Positions 10,861 through 21,991 of a DNA stretch of 64,000 nt are shown here, in pieces. Location of the stretch: assembly GCA_977017575.1 (NCBI GenBank), contig CDRNVI010000039.1:496001-560000 (forward strand), written 5' to 3'. Every line of letters starts with the position of its first letter. Within the stretch, counting starts at the first letter, position 1. The position numbers and the translations under genes were made by a program. This DNA is from Paramoeba atlantica (Eukaryota > Protista > Discosea). The notes under the pieces were generated by a model. It searched no databases, was not told the DNA's origin, and worked only from the letters and a program-made list of their open reading frames with translations.

Positions 10861-11379
10861 CTACTCTCGAGGACAAGCAGAAATGATAGCATGCAGATTA
10901 TTTTTTATGTCTTGAAGAAAAGCAGTCAGATTAGTGGCCCTTACTTCCCCACCAATTTGTTTAGATCCGCTGAATATTTGAACTGTAGGCGTGCCCTCAA
11001 CAAGTTGGTAATCACTTAACTTTCGATTCTGTGGATCTTTAATGTCAACACTATAAAAATGTACTGGAAGTTTTTCAATGAAAGAAATTTTCTCGGCTTC
11101 TTTGTACATTTCTGCCATACTAAGACATGGAAGACAATTTTTTTTCCAGAATTTTACAACTACTAACTCCCGCCGGTGCCTATGCAACACTTCCTGTAGC
11201 TGTTCATCTGCAAAGATAGGAGTTAATGCGGTTTTTTCCAGAAATCCATCTTCTTCGAATTTGGTAACGGCTTTCTCAAATCTCGTTCTAAACTCTTCTT
11301 TCGAGCAATCCGTAGGGATATTTTCATCGGCGAATATCCGCTTTAAAATGGTATACACATGTGTCATAGTAGATTCCAC
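10861..11379 (-). CDS. Thioredoxin-like protein (CLPC)
   Basis: VVVKFWKKNCLPC, FYSVD and VEGTPTVQIF (cis-Pro loop). Confidence 0.75.
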   Translation of the reverse strand: MESTMTHVYTILKRIFADENIPTDCSKEEFRTRFEKAVTKFEEDGFLEKTALTPIFADEQLQEVLHRHRRELVVVKFWKKNCLPCLSMAEMYKEAEKISFIEKLPVHFYSVDIKDPQNRKLSDYQLVEGTPTVQIFSGSKQIGGEVRATNLTAFLQDIKNNLHAIISACPRE

Positions 11380-11667
11380 AGTAAATTTTATTTTCTAAAT
11401 AAACAGCTTGTTTTTTCATTCATTCTGTTTTGAGATTTGTCATGTACAACAAAGCAACCAGAAATGTGTTTCTGGTACTATTGGTCTATACTATTATAAT
11501 AAAACAATTCTTCTTTTTAATGTTTTCCAAGATTCGAAGATTTTGAGTTTGCTCTGGGTGGGCATTTTAAAAAGAAAGCATTCTTCACGCCCATTCTGTA
11601 TAGTACTCAAAAGTTTTGATAACGTACTCAATACGTTATTAAAATAAAACAATTCAACCCTGTACTT

Positions 11668-13002
11668 TTATGTTGGTAAATATTTTTTGAGCTTTTTTCT
11701 TTTCTTTACACTATCTTGAGTAGGACAACATAGAGTTTCTATGAAATGCTGCACATCTGTGTGCTGTTCTACTGATTGCAAACGATGAACACGCTTTAAA
11801 ATTGTAGATTTAATATCCTCCCAATAGGGACCGTAGCGACTTACAGCCGCCAGAACAGTAGCGTCAGACGGAGCTGCTAATTCACCAGCTGGGTGAATAT
11901 TGTCTATTTCCATAGATTTTTGATGCAAATTCATCCAGTTGAGTTCATTCATGATTTCTTGAGAATTCATAGCTTGCACTCGAGTACACAGCTCTAACGC
12001 CTCCACGCGTTGTTCGAGGCGTAACTCCAATATCTTCGTTATTCGTGTCATATACTTGATAACGCTGAGTCTGAGAGCCGATTCATCCTCGTTACCTGCC
12101 TCCTGGGTTTGTAACGCCTCTGCTGACCAGGAGAGGAAATGCTGTGTTCTCTGAGGTAAAATAATTCCACCTTTAGAGTTATTCAGTGTTTCAATCTTTA
12201 ATACAAAGCGTAATATTTTGTACAAAGAGTACAAGGACGGTTTTTGTGCGTGAACGCGACGAAAGCAGCTCATCGTGCGCGACAATAAAAAAGAAATGTT
12301 CTCTTTGCTCATAGTCCCCCAGCAATCCACCGCGGCGCGCCAATAGCGTTCAAGTTCTTCATCGTTTCGTATGATTGACAAATAGGCGAGTTGATGCTTT
12401 ACTGGGTCCACTTGAAAGAAATGCCGTAAAACGCGCTCCGTGTCCTGCAACTTTTCAGAAGTACCAGGAGCCTTACGACTCCTTCCAAAGTCTTCGTGAG
12501 ATGAAAACTTAAAATTGTCAACTGTTTCCCTTTCCGGAATTCGAGAAGGGTCCGATTTTTCCAGCTCTAAATACTCAATCAGTGGAGCGGAGTCAGAAGC
12601 TGAATATCTTCGCAAGAGATAAAATTTACGAAGCAAAAGATAGCGTATAACGGAAAGAATACTGTCACCATACGTTTTCTTATCCCTTTTAACATTTTTC
12701 TCATTCGAAAAAATTGATGACTGCGCAGAATTTGGCGTATCCTGCGCGAGATATTCGTTTTCTATTGTTTTGTCGCCCGCTGAACGCATGACTGGAAAAA
12801 TTCCTTCATCTACAAATTTACCTTCTAGGGAGTCATTTTTCTCATCGCAAAACCAGCCCGAGAGAAATGATGGATCTTTGTGGCGAAAGTGTAATTCTAA
12901 ATGTCGTGCGAGAAATGACATTCGAACCGGCAGAGCGCGTTTTTGATACGTTGGCCATTTTGCAAACCATTCGCTCGTGAGCTCTGCAAAATTATTAGCC
13001 AT
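11668..13002 (-). CDS. Hypothetical protein, possible C-terminal SANT/Myb-like repeat
   Basis: 444-aa ORF in cluster orientation. SDATVLAAVSRYGPYWEDIK resembles Myb helices 1-2. Confidence 0.5.
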   Translation of the reverse strand: MANNFAELTSEWFAKWPTYQKRALPVRMSFLARHLELHFRHKDPSFLSGWFCDEKNDSLEGKFVDEGIFPVMRSAGDKTIENEYLAQDTPNSAQSSIFSNEKNVKRDKKTYGDSILSVIRYLLLRKFYLLRRYSASDSAPLIEYLELEKSDPSRIPERETVDNFKFSSHEDFGRSRKAPGTSEKLQDTERVLRHFFQVDPVKHQLAYLSIIRNDEELERYWRAAVDCWGTMSKENISFLLSRTMSCFRRVHAQKPSLYSLYKILRFVLKIETLNNSKGGIILPQRTQHFLSWSAEALQTQEAGNEDESALRLSVIKYMTRITKILELRLEQRVEALELCTRVQAMNSQEIMNELNWMNLHQKSMEIDNIHPAGELAAPSDATVLAAVSRYGPYWEDIKSTILKRVHRLQSVEQHTDVQHFIETLCCPTQDSVKKRKKLKKYLPT

Positions 13003-13334
13003 ACAGTAGGTTTCGTATAAAGAGAATATATTTTTAATTTGACTTTAATAGGATAATATCAACATTTGCGTCGTCGGAGTAAAGATTAACCCCCAACAAA
13101 TAAGAAGCACCTAGGAAGTCCCCAACGCGGGTCTAGGAATTATTTCGCACCAAATTTCTCCCCTACATGTACATGGGCCTGATTAAAGACGAGAGGCAGT
13201 GACTGTAAGCAACTCCCGCAAAAGCCAGAAAAGGTTTTGGCTAATTCTTATAGGTCAAGTAGAAATCGTTGTGGTATACGAGTTGAGTCTCACACTTCAC
13301 AATCAAAGAGCTTTCCTTACTTAATGCTCTGTGT

Positions 13335-14402
13335 TTATGATACGTTAGCAGAACCGTCATCTTCGTACTCTTCATAAGAAAGTGTAATATTCTCATCCGC
13401 GAGGTAATTATGATAGGCATCTAAAGAAAACGAGGGATCGGGCTTATGCAAACGCAGCACCTCCCCCACATGAATAAAAGACTTGCCTTCCGTATTTATA
13501 TCTGGCATCTCCACCAAAGGATCCCCTACTGCCACGACCCGAATCGAGTTCATGTACTCACGGTCTCTCTCATGTAGGGAAACGTATGCTTTCGGTGCAC
13601 CGAAAGTAATAACGTTCCGAATGGGGTAATCCTGCCCATGTAGCAGTCCGGCAAGAATACATGCCACGGCGCCGGTTTGACCATGGGCGACTATAAATGT
13701 CCCTCTTGTCCTGTGTAGCTCTGTCTCGCTAAGGAGGGCATGGAAGATACGTAGCGCTCTGCTGTATGCCTCAGCATGTGCCGCGGCACCTCTGAGATTC
13801 TCACATTCCAATGTTGCAACCAACTCGGGGTCATCCTCCCAAGGTAAAGTCGCACCCAGGTACAATGTTTGCTTTTCTAGCTCCTCATTGATGTCCAAAA
13901 CCAGCACTTCCGGTAATTTCAACAATTGAGTTTTTGTGCTGGCGTCAGCGGACTCATAGATATCCCGTGAGATATTGAAGAGACGGGCTATGTACGGCAT
14001 CATTGCCTTTTGCATTACTCGATTTTGACGCTCGGAAATTACTTCCGAGTCCTCATCCTTTCGCTGCTTTCTGTACGAGAGGAACTGAAGGTACATTACT
14101 ACACCTTGTAGTAAGTATTTCGTGTTCTGATCATTCCCATATCCTCGAAGAAGAGAGTGTATGGTGGACGTAAGAGCACGATGATTGGATGGTTCTCTCA
14201 AAATGAGATCCATTGCTTCACAGTACATTAGATTAACGTCAGTATTTTGTCCCGATTCTGACGCGATGCTTTTCATAAGAGAAAAATCCGTTTTCTTTCT
14301 TTGAACAAGGTTAAGCACACTTCCGCTAGTCTCGAACAGCTCGGTGCGGTCTAAGGCGTGTGCTAACCGTAATAAACGGCGATATGTAACCCTTGTCTGC
14401 AT
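13335..14402 (-). CDS. Lipase class 3-fold protein, catalytic Ser absent, LYR-like N-terminus
   Basis: FIVAHGQTGAVACILAG sits at the GHSLG position. VITFGAPK, IRVVAVGDPLVEMP and FIHVGE follow. The N-terminus reads TYRRLLRLA. Confidence 0.65.
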   Translation of the reverse strand: MQTRVTYRRLLRLAHALDRTELFETSGSVLNLVQRKKTDFSLMKSIASESGQNTDVNLMYCEAMDLILREPSNHRALTSTIHSLLRGYGNDQNTKYLLQGVVMYLQFLSYRKQRKDEDSEVISERQNRVMQKAMMPYIARLFNISRDIYESADASTKTQLLKLPEVLVLDINEELEKQTLYLGATLPWEDDPELVATLECENLRGAAAHAEAYSRALRIFHALLSETELHRTRGTFIVAHGQTGAVACILAGLLHGQDYPIRNVITFGAPKAYVSLHERDREYMNSIRVVAVGDPLVEMPDINTEGKSFIHVGEVLRLHKPDPSFSLDAYHNYLADENITLSYEEYEDDGSANVS

Positions 14403-14667
14403 AAGGATATTACTAAAGACTACATATTACTACATTACACACGAATAAGCCAATTAACGAATAATCCAGATTACAAATATGCCACATTGTCGAAACGAAC
14501 ATCCAATCCTTACAAACATACTTGTAGTTAGTGCACAAATTTACATGTATTTTTGTTAACGCAGTTTCTTGTTAGTACTTGTTAGTATTTACTTGTTAGT
14601 ATTTGTTAATGTATTGGGTTTTTAAAAAATCTGAAATATTCGTTCCTGTTGCAACACCTATTCGTGC

Positions 14668-15672
14668 TCAATGTTTGATCCTATGGCGTTGTGACGCTGG
14701 AACTGCACTCAACGCATAGTTCACGCATGTGCATGAGGGAAACAACGAAAAATCTAATCTTGGTTCTGGGAAAAGATGTGGCCTCGGAATGATACCACAT
14801 AAATCTATGGTATAAAAATTTAGGGATTCAAGAAGAGATGATACCTCGCTAGGAGATATGAGTTTTTCGTATTGGTGAGTCCCTCGAGGAATAACACCCA
14901 GGACATTTTCGGCCATGAATATCGCAAGTACCCTAGAAAGAATCGTTCGATTAATCGTTGTAATAATAAGAGAACCAGTGTTACAATCTGCTGTGCTTGC
15001 TTCGGTTTGACACCTTTGTTTGGTTGCCTTATGTAGCGTGTCATCATTATCACGTACGAGCTTTGTGGCTAGAGTAAGAAGGTTGCGCACGTTTGCTGCG
15101 TGTTCAATCACTTCAGAAAGCAGAACAATATCAAATTGCTCCTGTATAGAAATTTTAATTACATTATCGTCCACTTTTTCGTGTTCTGATGAATCATCTA
15201 TGGTCGAGACTGGCCGCATCTGCTGAACAAATTCTTCAAGCGTTATACGGCTAAAGGTTAAGTCAGTGTGTAAGTCGGAGTGAACCTCTTGATATTGTTG
15301 TGCAGCCCGGATAGCGTTTTCGCACGGGTCGATTCCTGTCACCACTGCCCCGAGGCGTCTCATTGCTACGCTAAGAAGCCCACCGCCGCACCCGATGTCA
15401 AGAACTTTCTTGCCTCGCACAGATCCACCGGCGGCTTTCAATATGTACTCTACCCTTGCAGGATTCATCTGGTGCAACAAAGCGCAGGGACCTGTCCGAC
15501 TCCACCACTTGTCTTGCAAGAGGGAAAATTTTTCTACTTCCTCCTCGCAAACACTCGGTGAATCGTAAGGACTTGTCTTCAGCGAACGGACAGTAGATGA
15601 AAAAAACTTCAAAAAAGCCACATAAGTCCCCATTGAAGTCGAAAGAACCTTGTTTCGCATAAATCCTTTCAT
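14668..15672 (-). CDS. COQ3: Ubiquinone biosynthesis O-methyltransferase COQ3/UbiG
   Basis: WWSRTGPCALLHQMNPARVEYI, VLDIGCGGGLLS, VTGID, EVIEH, TINRT, MAENVLGVIPRGTHQYEKLISPSE. Confidence 0.92.
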   Translation of the reverse strand: MKGFMRNKVLSTSMGTYVAFLKFFSSTVRSLKTSPYDSPSVCEEEVEKFSLLQDKWWSRTGPCALLHQMNPARVEYILKAAGGSVRGKKVLDIGCGGGLLSVAMRRLGAVVTGIDPCENAIRAAQQYQEVHSDLHTDLTFSRITLEEFVQQMRPVSTIDDSSEHEKVDDNVIKISIQEQFDIVLLSEVIEHAANVRNLLTLATKLVRDNDDTLHKATKQRCQTEASTADCNTGSLIITTINRTILSRVLAIFMAENVLGVIPRGTHQYEKLISPSEVSSLLESLNFYTIDLCGIIPRPHLFPEPRLDFSLFPSCTCVNYALSAVPASQRHRIKH

Positions 15673-15830
15673 TTTTCGAATTAAGTTGAGCCGCTCAGTT
15701 AAAGGTTTTGAGAAAAGTGTAATAAACAAAAGGTCAGTCTTAAAAGTCAGACGACATGCAGTCGTAATTTTAACATTATAAATCTAGATGCAATAGAGTA
15801 GGATGAAAAAATGTCGTTCAGATTAGAATG

Positions 15831-17588
15831 TTAAAAATCGATTCCGTTGATACTGTCAGAATCGCTCAAAATAGACGAATGAGATTCATTATCTCGTGAA
15901 CTTCGTGATGAAAGAATAGACACATCAGACCAAGACAAAACGTCGTCAGCCTGAAGATCAACCAAACCATCACCATTTTCATTTGTGTCACTCAGTGGAG
16001 GCAACGGAGGGGCGGAGGATGCTACCAAGGTGTCAGAAAACTTACTTGTAGATCCTTCTACCTCAGTTGAAAGCCCATAATTTATGTCAATGGATGGGAA
16101 TCTTATTTTCAAAAAGTTAACAAATTCATCACGAAGGTAGGCTCCAATAGTGCGCCGTGCAGCAGGCAGAACATACCCGTATTTCAGATTCATCTCCTGT
16201 GGAATTTGGGACAGTAAGATCTCTCGTACTCTCGTACAAGATAGCTCACCAACTACAACTTGCTTGTTGATGGCTTCCGCTGTCATATTACTTTCAAAAT
16301 ATTGGTCTAGGGTTTCAACTGCCAAGTCATCGTTCAGCATTGCGAAACTCGGCCGATTATCCTTTTCCACAGGAGTGTCTTGAAGAGCTATTTTGTTGAT
16401 AGGGCTCTGTAATACTTTGTGTTGATATGTAGTTTTTTTAGGCCGAACTTCAGCGGCAGCTCTATAATTCGGAAAAACTTTTCGAATGCTCCGAATAACA
16501 TCCCTTGATTGAGTAAAAGGAATAGGCTGCCATAGGGCGTTCTCATAGCGTTTGGTAGCGTCTCTAACGTCGTATCCGTGTCGTATGTAGCAAGTCCGAA
16601 ATGCAACCGGGCCCACTACCCGGTAGGCAACCAGTCCAATGTGCCGCAAGACAAATTTTCGTGCGGTTTCAGATGTCTGTACGCGCTGTAGGGATGATAA
16701 CGACCATATGGGTCGCTGGGAGAAATGTTTACGAAGATCAACAAGCCTTTCCCTTGCATCATCCGACATGTCACGTAGAACAGCTAGCTCCATGGGCGGA
16801 GCTTCCGAGGGTACTTCGTCAGAATAATCTTGAGGAGCTTCCCGACGTCTTTTTTCTTTTGAAGTCACCCACTCGGAGATCTGAATAACCTTCGTTGCCA
16901 TATTGTACGTATAATGTGGGAGTCGGGGTGCAGTTCTGTGCACAGGAACGTACCCTTTATTTTCATATCGGTAGGAATATGAAGTGCTACATGGCAGAAT
17001 CTGCTGGATAAATGAGTAGGGCTTTAAGTAGAGTGGTTCTTCATCCAGAGATGAAGTGAAATTCCGATAAGACACGATGCTTACATCTGAGCTTGACGCA
17101 GAGCGTTCAGAGACCTCCGGAGACTTGTTTGAAAGGTTTCGCGGTAAAAAGCTTAAGTCTGCACACTTCGCAAAGTACACCATCCCTTTCACAATTCCCC
17201 GAATTTTGAGATCTTCCACGATAGGGATACCTGTGAAAGCGCCATTTGAATGAGATTTACTCTTTTCTTTCTCTGCATTCGACAAGTCTCGGGGCTTTTT
17301 GCGCTTCACTTTTAGTCTGACCCATAAATGATTAGAGGAATACAGCTCTCCGAATACAACGGGTGACGTTGTACACCCATCAAAGTGCAATGGAATATTT
17401 TCTGACCCCGAAGAACAGGCTTTTATGAAGCACTCATTAATTGTGTGTGCGCCACCCAGCATATCCAACACCTTATCGCCCGATGCTTCGGAGACAGATC
17501 CAGGAAAATAGGCTAAGATATAATGCTGCGATGGAACTTCGCATTCTAGAAAATTTGTTGACTTGTCGCGTCCGGAAATATCTTCCAT
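15831..17588 (-). CDS. RNA Pol III transcription factor TFIIIC tau95/TFC1 (GTF3C5-like) subunit
   Basis: YPG-like YFPG..DKVLDMLGG at the N-terminus, FAKCADLSFLP, FSQRPIWS, AYRVVGPVAFRTCYIRHGYDVR and an acidic/Ser tail. Confidence 0.7.
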   Translation of the reverse strand: MEDISGRDKSTNFLECEVPSQHYILAYFPGSVSEASGDKVLDMLGGAHTINECFIKACSSGSENIPLHFDGCTTSPVVFGELYSSNHLWVRLKVKRKKPRDLSNAEKEKSKSHSNGAFTGIPIVEDLKIRGIVKGMVYFAKCADLSFLPRNLSNKSPEVSERSASSSDVSIVSYRNFTSSLDEEPLYLKPYSFIQQILPCSTSYSYRYENKGYVPVHRTAPRLPHYTYNMATKVIQISEWVTSKEKRRREAPQDYSDEVPSEAPPMELAVLRDMSDDARERLVDLRKHFSQRPIWSLSSLQRVQTSETARKFVLRHIGLVAYRVVGPVAFRTCYIRHGYDVRDATKRYENALWQPIPFTQSRDVIRSIRKVFPNYRAAAEVRPKKTTYQHKVLQSPINKIALQDTPVEKDNRPSFAMLNDDLAVETLDQYFESNMTAEAINKQVVVGELSCTRVREILLSQIPQEMNLKYGYVLPAARRTIGAYLRDEFVNFLKIRFPSIDINYGLSTEVEGSTSKFSDTLVASSAPPLPPLSDTNENGDGLVDLQADDVLSWSDVSILSSRSSRDNESHSSILSDSDSINGIDF

Positions 17589-18221
17589 TGCAATATCAAT
17601 GATACTTTTTTATGATAATCATAGAAAAGCTAAAGTGTTCATTATTTAGTGAATAGTGTGAAAGATTCGTGTGAAAGAAAAATTGAAAATTCTAAATATT
17701 TTGCAGAAAAAAACTTGAGTGACAAGAACAGAAATCACCCCCCCTGGTAATTTTGGTTCATCCGATTTAGCTCATTTATGTTGCAATCGCGAGATCTTGT
17801 TCCTTAGAAAAGAGCTTTGTCGCTATTTTTTCATGTTGAACCCCTTGCGGCCCCTGGCCGCGAAATACGTGATTTTTCAAGCTATTGCGGTATGGCGATA
17901 AAAAAAGAGAAAAACAAATTCTTTTTTTTAATTTTGAAGATGTCTAAAAATGGCGGAAACGTGCAAAGCTCAATTTTTTGAACGACAAAGTGGTGTCACA
18001 ATCCCCATAACTCCCTTCATGCCAGAAATAAAGGGGTGAACTATTCGTGTCCATAGGTTTATCTATTCCTGAAAAATCTCTGAAAGAAACAAAGCTTTCT
18101 TAAAATATTGACAGGTCCTGTAAGTCGGTACCCAAATTTTATGAAAAGAGACGAGAAATAATTATAAGCGTGTGGGTTCATTAGATTGGAACCCAGATCT
18201 TTTTACATGCAGTATTTACTT

Positions 18222-19649
18222 TCAACGAGTAGACTTCTTTTTCCTTAGCACGACCCGCTGTTTCTGGCGCGAAGTTCCAAGAAGGCGTTCATTTTCTCTT
18301 CTGCTTTGTCGCAGATCAGCCCCGCCCATTCTACGCTGAGAATCAGGATCCTGTATAAGACTGTCCACTGGTATTGTGTTCTGGCTACCTCGTCGGTGCT
18401 TTGCCCTTCTCATGCTTTGCCCTGCATTTAGGGCACGGATTTCATCCTCCTCTCGGATTCGCGTCGCGGCCTCCCTTTCCGCAGCTTCCACACGTTCTAA
18501 ATTTATGATTACCTCCTCTTTAGAAATTTCAATTTCTTCTAGTTTTCGCCCCAATACGTTTTCAATTTTCAGGTAGTCATCAACGTCATACTGTGTGACA
18601 CACGTTATCGCCTTGCCTTGTCTACCCACCCGAGCCGTGCGCCCCACTCGATGGATGTAATCTTTTGCCGACGAGGGTAGCTGAAAATTCACGACGACGT
18701 GGACGTCCGGAATATCCAAACCTCGTTGCGCGACATCCGTACAGACGAGTATCATAGCCTCGTTGTCCCGAAACTTGTCTAGGGAAAGCAAACGATCTTT
18801 TTGAGACATTTTTCCCATGAGTGGCAGAGCGGTGAGTCCGAGAATACGCAGGATGTGCGCGAGACGCAATACGAGGTGAGTTGTGTTACAAAACACAATC
18901 ACCTTTTCCTCCCGAGGGAGGGAGCTAAGGTAGTTGTGCAGGTAGGCGTACCGGTAGCAGAACGGGATGAACATGTAGTACTGCTGTAGGGAATCCACGG
19001 TTTGATACTTCGATGCAGAGACCATGACAACCACGGGGTCATGGAGGGAGGCTCGGTGGAGTTTGTCCACTTTAGCGGTCATGGTCGCGGAAAACAGCAA
19101 TGTTTGTCTTTGTCGAGGGAGGTGTTCCATAATAAATGTCAGCTGTTTTTCGTAGTCCATATTGAGCATCTGATCGGCCTCGTCCATTACAATGTAGTGA
19201 AACTTGTGTAGGCGGAACCCCTTCGTCTTTTCTATGTGGTCTTGCAACCGACCGGGAGTGGCGACCACCACATGGGGGCGTTGACTGAGCTGTAGTGCTT
19301 GGTGGACCATATCCACTCCGCCGTAGACGACACACACCTTTAGGGCAATGCCCTCCCCTAGTCGTGTGAATTCTTCCCCTACCTGAACCGCAAGTTCGCG
19401 AGTTGGGACAAGCACTAGCGCACAGCTCTTGACTTTACCTCTATCGGATAATATGTGGTGCAATATTGGTAATGCATAGGCTCCTGTTTTTCCGCTCCCT
19501 GTCTGTGCCACTCCTATTAAATCGCGGCGCGCCAGAATATCGCCCATTGTACGTCGTTGAATATCAGTAGGATGGTTCCACCCCACGGTGTCGCAGGCGG
19601 CGGTGAGCTCAGGACATAATCCCAGGCCAGTGAACGACGTTTCCGACAT
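18222..19649 (-). CDS. RRP3: DEAD-box RNA helicase DDX47/RRP3
   Basis: Q motif, AQTGSGKTGAY, PTRELA, TPGRL, DEAD, SAT, TDVAQRGLD, HRVGRTAR. DQMLNMDYE and YQTVDSLQQYY are RRP3-like. First ATG at 19649. Confidence 0.88.
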   Translation of the reverse strand: MSETSFTGLGLCPELTAACDTVGWNHPTDIQRRTMGDILARRDLIGVAQTGSGKTGAYALPILHHILSDRGKVKSCALVLVPTRELAVQVGEEFTRLGEGIALKVCVVYGGVDMVHQALQLSQRPHVVVATPGRLQDHIEKTKGFRLHKFHYIVMDEADQMLNMDYEKQLTFIMEHLPRQRQTLLFSATMTAKVDKLHRASLHDPVVVMVSASKYQTVDSLQQYYMFIPFCYRYAYLHNYLSSLPREEKVIVFCNTTHLVLRLAHILRILGLTALPLMGKMSQKDRLLSLDKFRDNEAMILVCTDVAQRGLDIPDVHVVVNFQLPSSAKDYIHRVGRTARVGRQGKAITCVTQYDVDDYLKIENVLGRKLEEIEISKEEVIINLERVEAAEREAATRIREEDEIRALNAGQSMRRAKHRRGSQNTIPVDSLIQDPDSQRRMGGADLRQSRRENERLLGTSRQKQRVVLRKKKSTR

Positions 19650-19940
19650 GTCTCTTGTTATCCCCGCCTTAACCACGAAACGGCGTAGGCATTTAAATTA
19701 AAATTTTAGAAGGGAAAATATTGACATAAGTTTTTGAAAATGAAGGTTTAATAATTAAGAAAGTGCTGCGCTTTTTCCCGAGCTTTTGTATTTTTTTATT
19801 TGTAGCTTTTCTTTTTTTGATTAACAGATAAAAGTGTTGATTGATTGACTTTGAGAAACGTGTTTTTCAAAGAGTTTGGCGTCAAAGGTTGGGGAATCGC
19901 ATTCGAACGCGATCTTCAAAAACAAAAAACATTCTATGTA

Positions 19941-20303
19941 TTAGCCACTTTGATCCCAAATAGTATTAAGTGATCGTTTTCTAAATTCACGAGCAGGTCT
20001 CGGAACCTTGTCCTGACGACGTACACTGTAATACTCGAGTGCCGGGACGCGTTCACCTCGAAAGTGAGCCAATGTTCGAAGCATGTTCGGTTTATCACGC
20101 AAAATATATTGATATAATGCTCGCGTTGGATGCTGATCTTCTCCCGTAAGCTCAATGTGCGTTGCCGAATTCTCCTCCGTGCCGTTATTGCATTCTTCTT
20201 CGTCACTTACAGCTAAAGTGTGTTCATTGCCTTCTTCCCAATTCGAATCCGCGTCATCTGTAGAATTCGATGAGTAACTGTCAGAGTGCGACAGTTCTGC
20301 CAT
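19941..20303 (-). CDS. Small hypothetical protein with acidic N-terminus
   Basis: ATG at 20303 after a pyrimidine-rich tract, protein-like composition, cluster orientation. Confidence 0.55.
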   Translation of the reverse strand: MAELSHSDSYSSNSTDDADSNWEEGNEHTLAVSDEEECNNGTEENSATHIELTGEDQHPTRALYQYILRDKPNMLRTLAHFRGERVPALEYYSVRRQDKVPRPAREFRKRSLNTIWDQSG

Positions 20304-20603
20304 GGAAAAGTAAAGTAATAAAAAACTTGACAATAATGATTTTCTTTTTATCAAAAAAGTGAAATATTGGTGCCAACACATCGACGTAATATATTGTTCG
20401 AATGTACATCAACATAATGTAGTGTACATTTAGCTAGTACTATATATCAAGAATAGACATACGAACAACAATAACAATACTATATCCGCGAGTTCCAATT
20501 CACTAACTTCAGTATTCTTGGACCGTTTTAAATTATCATCACCTCGGTCTTTCGCAATTGTACGGTTACGCTAGAGTGCAGTAAACACATTTCGACTATT
20601 CAA

Positions 20604-21917
20604 TCAATTGTATACCATGTATTTACCAGTTGCTGAAAATTTCAGTTGACCCTTGATGACCTTGTTAATGGCTTCGATCATATCTTTTTCTGTGATGGTT
20701 TTCCGACGAGCCCGAATGGCAAACATACCAGCTTCCGTACATACACTGCGTATGTCGGCCCCTGTTGCATTCGGACACAGTCTGGCCAGAAGATCAAATC
20801 GAATATTCTTCTCACAAGACAGACTGCCACAATGGATGCGAAATATTTGTGTCCTACCCTCCAGGTCGGGTGGTGCAAATTCGATCTTTCGGTCCATTCG
20901 ACCCGGTCTTGTTAGCGCGGGGTCTAATGTGTCCGGTCGGTTGGTAGCCATAATCACTTTAATATTTCCCTTGGAATCAAATCCATCCATTTGATTCACC
21001 ATCTCCAGCATGGTACGTTGCACCTCACTATCCTCACTATCCGAGCCCCTGGCACCGCCAATTGCGTCGACCTCATCGAAAAAAATAATGCATGCCTTTT
21101 TGGTGCGTGCGAGTTGGAAGATCTCACGTATCATACGTGCTCCCTCCCCGACATATTTTTGCACTAATTCACTTCCGATCACACGAATAAAAGTGGCATC
21201 GGTACGATTCGCGACGGCACGGGCCATGAGCGTTTTTCCTGTCCCCGGGGTCCCGTAGAGCAGCACACCCTTTGGGGGATCAATTCCAAGCTTTTCGAAT
21301 CGTTCAGGGTGAGTCAGAGGGAGTTCCACGACCTCACGAATTTGTTCAATCTGTTCTTTGCTGCCTCCAACATCCGCGTAAGTTACGTCAGGTTTCTCCT
21401 CGATCTGCATCATAGTCACCGAGGCATCGATGCGTGGGGGAAGAGGAATTTGGATCTGATATTTTTGCTTTTCAACGCCGACTCGCATGCCTTCTTCTAT
21501 GTCGGTGGTGGAGACTTTATCACCTAGTGACACTACGTATTTGGCATATTCGCGAATATTAATTACATATTTCAACGAGGCGCTTTTGTCCTCTTCGTTT
21601 TGAATAATTTTTGTGCACCTTGCTACCTGGAGACCCGCACGCTGGGCCAATTGTTGGTCACCGACAAGATCCCAACAGTGAGGTGGACTTAAACCCAACT
21701 TCGCTTCCTTCACTCCTGTCTTTCGGTTGATATCCGCTACTTTGTTTTTGATAAACTCTTCCAAGTCTTTGGTAACACGGTTATAGCCTTCGCCCGCATA
21801 ATTTTTGAGAAATTCGATTTCCTCATCGTCCAGGGGTGTGAATTCTTTCTCAGACTGTTTCTCTTCTCCGGCGTGTAAGGACTTTACCGTCTGGCACGCG
21901 CCACGCTCGTGGGTCAT
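20604..21917 (-). CDS. RPT1: 26S proteasome AAA-ATPase subunit RPT1 (PSMC2)
   Basis: [56 protein letters not shown] and [11 protein letters not shown]. Confidence 0.97.
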   Translation of the reverse strand: MTHERGACQTVKSLHAGEEKQSEKEFTPLDDEEIEFLKNYAGEGYNRVTKDLEEFIKNKVADINRKTGVKEAKLGLSPPHCWDLVGDQQLAQRAGLQVARCTKIIQNEEDKSASLKYVINIREYAKYVVSLGDKVSTTDIEEGMRVGVEKQKYQIQIPLPPRIDASVTMMQIEEKPDVTYADVGGSKEQIEQIREVVELPLTHPERFEKLGIDPPKGVLLYGTPGTGKTLMARAVANRTDATFIRVIGSELVQKYVGEGARMIREIFQLARTKKACIIFFDEVDAIGGARGSDSEDSEVQRTMLEMVNQMDGFDSKGNIKVIMATNRPDTLDPALTRPGRMDRKIEFAPPDLEGRTQIFRIHCGSLSCEKNIRFDLLARLCPNATGADIRSVCTEAGMFAIRARRKTITEKDMIEAINKVIKGQLKFSATGKYMVYN

Positions 21918-21991
21918 AAGTAATACTAACAGTAGAAGTGATAATGTTGAGAAAATAACTTACGAAAACAATTTGTAAGCTATCTAAGAGA

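Noticed and set aside
17734-18050. TCACCCCCCC ... ATAAAGGGGTGA, resembling degraded ends of the CTGTCAC family
   Set aside because: The match is only about 7 bp, with no TA flanks on both sides and no internal similarity to the two good copies.
19895-19916. GTTCGAAT T-loop-like motif in a short stem (minus strand)
   Set aside because: It lacks the invariant C61 and any D-arm, anticodon arm or acceptor stem, so it is not a tRNA.
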